Virus record (IMG/VR): IMGVR_UViG_3300018080_000175
Coordinates: 2,940 to 66,939 of that record
From: a virus
Reading direction: 5' to 3' (one strand)
Length of the DNA stretch: 64,000 nt
The notes below the pieces were generated by a model. That model saw only the letters and a program-made list of their open reading frames with translations. It was not told where the DNA came from and did no database searches. Positions 57,826 through 64,000 of the stretch are shown here, piece by piece. Position 1 is the stretch's first letter. Every line of letters begins with the position of its first letter. The position numbers and the translations under genes are program-made.

Positions 57826-57939
57826 ATGACTATTAAAGAGCTTAAAAAAATGACTGAAAAAATGACTGAGGAAGAAAAACAGGAATTATATTATATTCTT
57901 GGTATTAAAATTAAAAGAATTGCTTGCGGTGATATTTAG
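57826..57939 (+). CDS. 37-aa peptide (not in ORF track)
   Basis: MTIKELKKMTEKMTEEEKQELYYILGIKIKRIACGDI, behind the repeated leader. Confidence 0.55.
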   Translation: MTIKELKKMTEKMTEEEKQELYYILGIKIKRIACGDI

Positions 57940-57976
57940 AAATTGGATCAAAAACTGAAAAAAGGGGATCGGAAAA

Positions 57977-58678
57977 ATGAAGGAAGAAAAAAAGCGGATT
58001 ATTGAAAAAATTCAAAAAATAATGGTACAGGCAAAAGACCAGGAAGGAACACCGGAAGGGGATACGTTTAAAAAACATGCCGCTCTTTTGATGGCAAAAT
58101 ACAGAATCCAAGAAACTGAGATTGACCTGGAAACTGATAATTTCATCTTGGATACTTTCAAATTTTACAAAGATGGGTCAAAACATCCACAATGGGTGTC
58201 CAGCATTGTTTCCACCTTTGCTCATACATTTGATTGTAAAGTAGTTTTCCGAACTTTGCCTGAATATCGAGAATGGGAGTTGATTGGAACATTTTCAGAT
58301 GTGGAAACAAGTCTGTACTTTATAGAGGTAGTTTGCGGGCATATTGAAAAGGAATGCTTTAAGACCTTTCCACAGAAAACCTATTCTGGAAAAAGACAAC
58401 AATTGGGTAATGTTGCGGCGGATGTTATTTGGAATAGGGCTTGGGAATTGAAACACCAGATGGATCAGACAATTCATGCAGATAAAAATTGTACCGCTCT
58501 GGTTGTGGTCAAAGAAAAGGAGATCGAGGAAGCGGTTGCTGAAATGTATCCAAAACTGAAAAAAGGGAAGTCTGAGAAAAGGGATATGCCGTCTGATATG
58601 AAAACCTGGGCGGCTGGTCAAGAGGCTGGAGAAACTGCTCCACTGAATTTCGGAATTGAGGAGGAAACTGCGGCATGA
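57977..58678 (+). CDS. DUF2786-domain protein
   Basis: IIEKIQKIM..A..TPEG..A..LMAKYRI N-terminal motif; ends ETAA. Confidence 0.78.
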   Translation: MKEEKKRIIEKIQKIMVQAKDQEGTPEGDTFKKHAALLMAKYRIQETEIDLETDNFILDTFKFYKDGSKHPQWVSSIVSTFAHTFDCKVVFRTLPEYREWELIGTFSDVETSLYFIEVVCGHIEKECFKTFPQKTYSGKRQQLGNVAADVIWNRAWELKHQMDQTIHADKNCTALVVVKEKEIEEAVAEMYPKLKKGKSEKRDMPSDMKTWAAGQEAGETAPLNFGIEEETAA

Positions 58679-58911
58679 AAAGATACTGGATCGAAATCAA
58701 ATGGATAGATCCGAACGGGAATGGGGTTATTTCCGAATACACATTCAAAGCAAACACAATAAAGGGGGCAAGGAAAACTGCTGAAAAAGCTTTTTGGAGG
58801 GAGAAAAAAGTAACCTGGGGCGGTACAAAAGATATTGAAATAAGAGGTACTGAAACTGTGCCGATGGAAAGCGGTCTCCAAAATGAAAGAACATGGAGAA
58901 ATCCAAAATGA
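58675..58911 (+). CDS. hypothetical protein
   Basis: ATGA-coupled, GAGGAGG RBS. Confidence 0.6.
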   Translation: MKRYWIEIKWIDPNGNGVISEYTFKANTIKGARKTAEKAFWREKKVTWGGTKDIEIRGTETVPMESGLQNERTWRNPK

Positions 58912-58927
58912 GTTGAAAACTGAAAAA

Positions 58928-58950
58928 AGGGGGTCGGAAAACGGCCTCCT
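58928..58950 (+). terminator. GC hairpin preceding twister 2
   Basis: AGGGGGTCG-GAAAA-CGGCCTCCT. Confidence 0.7.
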
Positions 58951-59001
58951 GTTAAATCTGCCGATGGCGGTCCAAAGCCCGCATAAAAAAGATGATGGAC
59001 A
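58950..59001 (+). ncRNA. twister ribozyme 2 (type P1)
   Basis: TGT-TAA-ATCT-GCC-GATGGCGG-TCCA-AAGC-CCGCAT-AAAAA-AGAT-GA-TGG-ACA; predicted cut 58953/58954. Confidence 0.88.
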
Positions 59002-59031
59002 AATTGAAAACTGAAAAAAGGGGGTTGGAAA

Positions 59032-59340
59032 ATGTCTGAAAAATCAGATTTAAGATCCTACATAGGATGTGTGGTACGATTTAAAAAAGAAGGTGCTACT
59101 GAAAAGTTTGGAAATCTTGCCGTAAATAGTTCTTATTTGATCAAAGATACTATGGAAGATTATAAAGGTAAAAAATGCATTAGGGGACATTCGGTGGAAT
59201 TCAGTGACACTGTTGGAAGATGCATTGATCCGGATGATATTGAGATTGTAAGTAAGGATCCCGATTTTGATCCAAATCATTATCAAACGTATGACGATTA
59301 TATGGATGATTCATTTGAGCAGGGATGGGATGTAAATTAG
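59032..59340 (+). CDS. hypothetical protein
   Basis: 102-aa ORF behind the repeated leader. Confidence 0.65.
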   Translation: MSEKSDLRSYIGCVVRFKKEGATEKFGNLAVNSSYLIKDTMEDYKGKKCIRGHSVEFSDTVGRCIDPDDIEIVSKDPDFDPNHYQTYDDYMDDSFEQGWDVN

Positions 59341-59407
59341 AAAAAGGGGGTCCAAAACCTCTTAACATTATATAACGAACGAAAACTCAAAAATGAGGAG
59401 AAGTAAA

Positions 59408-60313
59408 ATGGAAAACGTTAAAAATGAGATCTTGGAAAAATGTGACAAAAAGGGTGTTAAAATTTCTGGACTCGAACAAGTACCAACAATTATTCAGGGT
59501 CGTCCATTGTTTGATTTTGCTGGAGTTGAAACTGACCTGCTGAAAAATCTGGGACAGGATCCGGATGATCTTTTCGAAGCCACTGGAAAATTCAACATTG
59601 CCGTATTCCCTGATGGTAGAGTTGAGGGTCTGAAAACAGTATCCAAACAATATAAGCTGGTACAGCATTTGGATGCAATCAACAAAACGATTGACTATGT
59701 GCCTGATGGATTTGATCTAAAGGATATTAACGTAAATACTTCCCTTGACGGTGGTCGGACCTGGGCGACTTTCAATTCCAAGAAAAAAACGGAAATCAAA
59801 AAAGGGGATCTCGTTTCCTTACAGGCTACCATGCAAAATTCTTGCGATACTTCAAAATTATATCGGATGATGTTAAGAGCCATGCGGTTGGTCTGTTCAA
59901 ATGGAATGGTTGCTCCTGATTCTCGATTTGACCACCAAACAGTTCGCAAACTTCACAAAGGTAGTTTAAATCTGGAAAATCAGATCAGCGGTTTCTTTGA
60001 AAACATGGAGCAAAACATTGCCGCAATTGATGGTTGGAAAAAATACACTCAAAAATCCCTGAAAGCACCGGATATTGATACTATTTTCCAGCAAATGGAA
60101 GTTGGTCCACGTGTTCAGGAGGAACTTTTGACTACCTCTTTAAGAGGGCAGGCGACAAATGTCCAGTCTTTACTTGACCAAAATGAATTGACTGCCTGGG
60201 ATTTATATAATTCCTTCACTCAGCGGATCACCGATTCCGATTCTGTTGAATCTGCAAAAATCGAAGCTGGTGGAAAAGTATCTGCTTATTTTGATAGAAT
60301 GCTTGCGGCATAA
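59408..60313 (+). CDS. DUF932/DUF945-family phage/plasmid protein
   Basis: VSKQYKLVQH..DGGR..QNSCDTS..RLVCSNGM..H.G..TAWDLYNSFT; ends MLAA. Confidence 0.8.
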   Translation: MENVKNEILEKCDKKGVKISGLEQVPTIIQGRPLFDFAGVETDLLKNLGQDPDDLFEATGKFNIAVFPDGRVEGLKTVSKQYKLVQHLDAINKTIDYVPDGFDLKDINVNTSLDGGRTWATFNSKKKTEIKKGDLVSLQATMQNSCDTSKLYRMMLRAMRLVCSNGMVAPDSRFDHQTVRKLHKGSLNLENQISGFFENMEQNIAAIDGWKKYTQKSLKAPDIDTIFQQMEVGPRVQEELLTTSLRGQATNVQSLLDQNELTAWDLYNSFTQRITDSDSVESAKIEAGGKVSAYFDRMLAA

Positions 60314-60329
60314 ATCTTAAATCCAATAA

Positions 60330-60351
60330 AGGGGGTTGAAAAATACCCCCT
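60330..60351 (+). terminator. GC hairpin preceding twister 3
   Basis: AGGGGGT-TGAAAAAT-ACCCCCT, with the same loop as 57541-62. Confidence 0.7.
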
Positions 60352-60408
60352 GTTTTTAAACCAGCCCATGACGGTTCAAAGCCCGTATTCAAATGGTGAT
60401 GAAAAACA
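60351..60408 (+). ncRNA. twister ribozyme 3 (type P1)
   Basis: P1 TGTTTT/AAAACA, UAA loop, P2 ACCA/TGGT, T2 GC/GC, P4 AT-ACGG/CCGT-AT, T1 TCA/TGA; predicted cut 60357/60358. Confidence 0.88.
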
Positions 60409-60438
60409 AAAATTAAAAAAAACAAAGGAGAACCGATC

Positions 60439-60726
60439 ATGAAATGGAATCTTGTATCAATAATGGATGAACTTGCGGATAAAATGGAAACTGAGGCATT
60501 GGATGCGATTGCTTGCGGTTCATGGGGACGGAGCGAAACAATGAATCAGCTTTTGATAGTTGATTGCCTTAAATCTGGCTGGACTCTTGATGATTTTTTC
60601 ATGGAATTCAAAGACAGTAATGTGATGGATCCCTGGAAAATTAAGAAAGATATGGAATGTCTGATCGCCTCCAAACAAATTGAGGAAATGTTCGAAAAAT
60701 ATGGAGAAGAAAACAAATGTTTGTAA
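60439..60726 (+). CDS. hypothetical protein
   Basis: AAGGAG RBS. Confidence 0.65.
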   Translation: MKWNLVSIMDELADKMETEALDAIACGSWGRSETMNQLLIVDCLKSGWTLDDFFMEFKDSNVMDPWKIKKDMECLIASKQIEEMFEKYGEENKCL

Positions 60727-60965
60727 TATCCACCGATAAATTGTTTTGGGATGCGAAAAAACATCAATTCCAACAGGAAGCAAGTACTCTTAACATCCCT
60801 GCCGGCGTGGTTCACAAAACGATCAAATTAAAAAATCCGAAAACCAAAGGGACTTGTCTGTTTAATCTGGTAAAACATGAGGCAGATAATGGAGATGTTG
60901 TTGCTTGGATATATAAAAGTCATTGGCCCATAAAAGATTTAAGAATGTTAATCTGGAATGATTAA
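60717..60965 (+). CDS. hypothetical protein
   Basis: GGAG RBS; overlaps the previous ORF. Confidence 0.6.
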   Translation: MFVISTDKLFWDAKKHQFQQEASTLNIPAGVVHKTIKLKNPKTKGTCLFNLVKHEADNGDVVAWIYKSHWPIKDLRMLIWND

Positions 60966-60977
60966 AGGAGAATAAAA

Positions 60978-61304
60978 ATGAATATGTTTCCACAACATGC
61001 CAGAAAAGCCGTAATTGAAAATGAAACCATTCTTTATTGGAATACTCAAAGAATGTATACTCCTGGCGGACAAAGAATGGTTGCTCGTCATTTTACTGTT
61101 GGCGATCTTCCGCAAAAAGATGTTGTCTTTATTGATCTTGACCGTCACATTACCGGAATCATACCTGATTGCATCTTGACTGAAAATGCTATCATGGATG
61201 CCTACGATAAAAATCAGTATCACCCTCCCGGAAGTCAAGATGATTATTGTGCCTTACGCACCTTATTTTCTTTGAAAGATAAATTGGTAAAATTATTTGT
61301 ATAA
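60978..61304 (+). CDS. hypothetical protein
   Basis: AAGGAG RBS; WNTQRMYTPGGQR..F.D.DR.I.G. Confidence 0.65.
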   Translation: MNMFPQHARKAVIENETILYWNTQRMYTPGGQRMVARHFTVGDLPQKDVVFIDLDRHITGIIPDCILTENAIMDAYDKNQYHPPGSQDDYCALRTLFSLKDKLVKLFV

Positions 61305-61316
61305 AGGAATAATAAA

Positions 61317-61625
61317 ATGGCAAAAATTATACAGGAAATTGAAACAAAGGTAATTAGAACTGATAACGAGGAATTTAGAATTGATTCCTTCGATATCTAT
61401 TATTCTGGTTCTGATTATATGGGCGAGGTAGAAGTTCGTTTGCCATTCCCAAATATCATGACAGATAAAGTGGAAAACACAGTTTGGGATGGTTGGGTAA
61501 AGATTATCAATGGGAATAGAATCATTTATTCCATGAGAATGATTCCTGATAGAGAAACAAGAATCAAAGAAACGGCAAAAATTATCTTCAATGTCCAAAA
61601 GTTGATTTTACAGGATCTAATTTAA
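61317..61625 (+). CDS. hypothetical protein
   Basis: AAGGA RBS. Confidence 0.6.
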   Translation: MAKIIQEIETKVIRTDNEEFRIDSFDIYYSGSDYMGEVEVRLPFPNIMTDKVENTVWDGWVKIINGNRIIYSMRMIPDRETRIKETAKIIFNVQKLILQDLI

Positions 61626-61644
61626 TTATCAGGAGAAATTATTA

Positions 61645-61869
61645 ATGCAGATACAGGATACTCTTACTCCAAATCCAAATATCATTATGGAAGAAACTAC
61701 CATGATAACTGTTCTATGTCCAGTATGCGGTAATCGTGAAACGGTCGAAATTGAAAATTCTTGCCTATCAGAAATTGAAATCATTATGGGAGAATTGCAT
61801 AATCCGGGAGCTTGTCCAGATTGTCAAAACGCTGGATATCATTCTCAGAATTTAAATTGCTTTTTATAG
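61645..61869 (+). CDS. zinc-ribbon protein
   Basis: CPVCG..CPDC. Confidence 0.6.
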   Translation: MQIQDTLTPNPNIIMEETTMITVLCPVCGNRETVEIENSCLSEIEIIMGELHNPGACPDCQNAGYHSQNLNCFL

Positions 61870-61879
61870 GATAAACAAA

Positions 61880-62137
61880 ATGACAAAAATAAATGTAGAT
61901 TCCAAAATCAATCTCAATATTGATACTGAGAAAATGATGGATGTGCCGGATGAAAAGATCGAACAGGTTATCGGTCAGATAATTTGCAGATTTGCCCGTT
62001 GGAAATGTGATGAGCTTTCTATCTTATCCGAGGGACATAACAACCTGTATTGTCAATTCTGGCAAGAAGGAAAAGTCAAGCTTGTTATGGGTGCTATCTG
62101 GAGAACAGAAAATCAAGAGTTCACCTTTCATACATAA
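61880..62137 (+). CDS. hypothetical protein
   Basis: AGGA RBS. Confidence 0.6.
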   Translation: MTKINVDSKINLNIDTEKMMDVPDEKIEQVIGQIICRFARWKCDELSILSEGHNNLYCQFWQEGKVKLVMGAIWRTENQEFTFHT

Positions 62138-62148
62138 AAAGTCAAATA

Positions 62149-62199
62149 TGAAAATCAGATAATTATTGATACAGGGTTTTGATAATTATCTGATTTTCA
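62149..62199 (+). terminator. 18-bp perfect inverted repeat after a gene
   Basis: TGAAAATCAGATAATTAT / ATAATTATCTGATTTTCA. Confidence 0.6.
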
Positions 62200-62215
62200 C
62201 TTCGAGGATTCTGTT

Positions 62216-62277
62216 TTTTAGCTTGTTTTAAAGCTTATCAGTATAATGATATCAATTTGTTTTAAAACAAGCTAAAA
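62216..62277 (+). promoter_or_regulatory. 17-bp perfect inverted repeat enclosing a TATAAT box
   Basis: TTTTAGCTTGTTTTAAA / TTTAAAACAAGCTAAAA; TAGCTT-N17-TATAAT(62242). Confidence 0.55.
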
Positions 62278-62320
62278 CGCACAATTTTAAACGTGATTAA
62301 TTAATAAAAGGAGACAGAAA

Positions 62321-62908
62321 ATGAACGCTATTGGAATCCAGACTCAAATGATCAAAATGTCACACATTGGCGTTATTAACATGCTTGAATTAAAACTTGG
62401 TAATAGAGTAAGTAGGTTTGAAGAATTGGAAAAAATGTCATTGGAAGAACTTGAAGACATGCGGGATGAATTGATTCCAAAATATAATAAAATGATTGAA
62501 GACAGAAAATTTGGTGCTGAAATGATTTATGGATCTACACAAACTGTCCAAAAGAATAAATCAAAATGTATTAAAAATCCAAATACATGTGATTCTATAC
62601 CTCCTGGTAAATGTGACAAAGACTGTCATGGATTTATTTATTCTGGTAAAGTTCATTATCCCAACGATGTTTGGAATGATAATTTTTATAAACACAATTA
62701 TCTGATCTCTATTACCGCACAAGGTATTGAATTTCGTGTAAATGCAGATTCCGCACAGGATGCACTTGATTGTATAATGGATTATTGTGTGGAGAATAAA
62801 ATGACCGGACTTTACGATACAAACCCGGAAAATGATGAGGAATATATTACCGCAGGAAATTATGGATATCACTTCACCACTCATAACATCAGAATTGAAA
62901 AAGTATAG
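62321..62908 (+). CDS. hypothetical protein
   Basis: AAGGAG RBS; 195 aa. Confidence 0.65.
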   Translation: MNAIGIQTQMIKMSHIGVINMLELKLGNRVSRFEELEKMSLEELEDMRDELIPKYNKMIEDRKFGAEMIYGSTQTVQKNKSKCIKNPNTCDSIPPGKCDKDCHGFIYSGKVHYPNDVWNDNFYKHNYLISITAQGIEFRVNADSAQDALDCIMDYCVENKMTGLYDTNPENDEEYITAGNYGYHFTTHNIRIEKV

Positions 62909-62917
62909 GAGAAAATC

Positions 62918-63196
62918 ATGTGCAACGAGGAAAAAATTGAGGCATTCAAAGAATTGAAAGTTTGGTTAAATGGAAAAATCGAAGCCATTGTTAATCCAGA
63001 CGATGAAACGTTTGAAAGCTATTTTGGATCTGACTGTGAGGAAGAAAAAGAAAAATACAATAACGATTTCATTGAATATGCCAGAAATGAATGGGATTTT
63101 GATGAATACAGCCAAGCGGAAATTGCAACAATTGAAGAAGTTTTGGATAGAATTGAAACCAACATAAAAAGATTAACCAAAGTAGTAAATATGTAA
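62918..63196 (+). CDS. acidic hypothetical protein
   Basis: AGGAG RBS; strongly D/E-rich. Confidence 0.65.
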   Translation: MCNEEKIEAFKELKVWLNGKIEAIVNPDDETFESYFGSDCEEEKEKYNNDFIEYARNEWDFDEYSQAEIATIEEVLDRIETNIKRLTKVVNM

Positions 63197-63206
63197 AACA
63201 TTTTTG

Positions 63207-63235
63207 TTGCTTTTTTAATTTAAAGTGTTTATTAT
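63207..63235 (+). promoter_or_regulatory. sigma70-type promoter
   Basis: TTGCTT-N17-TATTAT. Confidence 0.55.
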
Positions 63236-63275
63236 TGTTTTAGTAAAAAAATACTACATGTAAAGGAGATTCACA

Positions 63276-63698
63276 GTGAAAAACGAATACTTAGAACTGA
63301 AAAAACGGCATCAAGCAGAAATTGATAATTTTCCAATGTTCTTTGCTTTTAGTAATGAACAATTTAATGATGGCATGGAGAAGTTTGGTCTTGATCCAAA
63401 AGAAACTGATAAGGTCTGCTCTATCTATGGCGGAGGGTACGTCAAAAAGGAAGATGCAGACCGATTAAAAAGTATGTTTCTCAGTCAGTCCAAAGAAAAG
63501 AAACAGGCTATAGAAAATGATGAAACAGGCGAAGGATATATTAAGGATATGTTTGAATATGAATTAGCCAATCATGAATACAATTACACTATGGATGCAT
63601 CTGACACACTTGAATGTTTAGGACTGACAATCGAAGATATTGCCAATAGTCAAGCATTGCAGAAAGGTTTCATGCTGGCAGGAGGGAGTTGGTTATAA
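63276..63698 (+). CDS. conserved phage/mobile-element hypothetical protein
   Basis: FFAFSNEQF..GGGY..FEYELANHEY motif; AAGGAG RBS. Confidence 0.7.
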   Translation: MKNEYLELKKRHQAEIDNFPMFFAFSNEQFNDGMEKFGLDPKETDKVCSIYGGGYVKKEDADRLKSMFLSQSKEKKQAIENDETGEGYIKDMFEYELANHEYNYTMDASDTLECLGLTIEDIANSQALQKGFMLAGGSWL

Positions 63699-63892
63699 TG
63701 GGCGAATTAAAACAAGAGGAAGATCAGGTATATGTTAAGTCACAGGTTGACGGTAAGTTAATCAAAGTGACCGCAATATTTGCAGATACAAGAGAAGCCA
63801 ATATTTACTTGGTAACGAATAAAGGTGAAGGCGTTGTATACCAAGCAGATGATCTCGTATTTTGTGCAAAATTGAAAGATCTTGGAATTTAA
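63698..63892 (+). CDS. hypothetical protein
   Basis: TAATG-coupled ORF. Confidence 0.55.
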   Translation: MGELKQEEDQVYVKSQVDGKLIKVTAIFADTREANIYLVTNKGEGVVYQADDLVFCAKLKDLGI

Positions 63893-63894
63893 TT

Positions 63895-64000
63895 ATGAAA
63901 AAGAAACGTAATATCATAGACAAGGATAAAGAAAATCTTGTCTATAAAATTGAAAAGGCCAAGGAGCATATTGAAGAAGCAAAATCTCTGGTTGACGAAG
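63895..64000 (+). CDS. hypothetical protein, 3' partial
   Basis: Open frame running to the window end. Confidence 0.45.
   Translation, partial: MKKKRNIIDKDKENLVYKIEKAKEHIEEAKSLVDE

Larger units (their letters stand above)
57796..59357 (+). repeat. dispersed ~29-bp leader repeat TTGAAAACTGAAAAAAGGGGGTYSRAAA
   Basis: Copies at about 57796, 57950, 58913 and 59004, with a partial copy at 59341; three are followed directly by an ATG. Confidence 0.85.

Noticed and set aside
59341-59392. Fourth twister ribozyme after the 59341 hairpin
   Set aside because: The hairpin and TAA are present, but the P2/P4 stems and the CGGT..AAG..CCG core are absent.
1308-63201. Numerous antisense and alternate-frame ORFs in the track (e.g. 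49176-49757 +, 47747-48181 +, 56903-57340 -)
   Set aside because: They are shadow ORFs opposite well-supported genes, with no RBS or recognisable motifs.
1-64000. Alternative genetic code or stop-codon reassignment
   Set aside because: Long conserved genes are intact in the standard code, and TAA, TAG and TGA all terminate genes, often with stop-start coupling.

Overview
This window is a 64-kb segment of a large, AT-rich tailed phage. It looks like a siphovirus: it has tail tube and tape measure genes but no sheath, and no integrase, repressor, tRNA or CRISPR is visible. There are four blocks. (1) 1-20.6 kb, + strand: DNA and nucleotide metabolism (endonuclease VII, HD hydrolase, ATP-dependent ligase, dCMP deaminase, an SbcCD/Mre11-Rad50 whose ATPase is split across separate genes, two HNH endonucleases, MazG-like protein, dNMP kinase, thymidylate synthase-family enzyme, J-domain protein) among many small hypothetical ORFs. 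(2) 20.7-54.9 kb, - strand: late operon (terS, terL, histone-H1-like protein, portal, scaffold, P22-type capsid, neck, tail tube, -1 frameshifted chaperone, tape measure, large adhesin-like proteins, and a lysis region with two M15 peptidases and a stand-alone PAS-domain protein). (3) About 55.0-56.2 kb: non-coding divergence region with 14-bp tandem repeats, 37-bp direct repeats and clustered IHF-like sites (candidate packaging terminus or origin). (4) 56.2-64 kb, + strand: early-type operon. The most notable observation is in block 4: three twister self-cleaving ribozymes with compensatory base changes, each directly behind a GC hairpin and spaced about 1.4 kb apart. They co-occur with an rRNA-type boxA antitermination motif, a repeated 29-bp gene leader and C-terminal Ala-Ala degrons, which together suggest an RNA-level processing system for early genes. 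All family assignments are by-eye motif recognition, not database searches.
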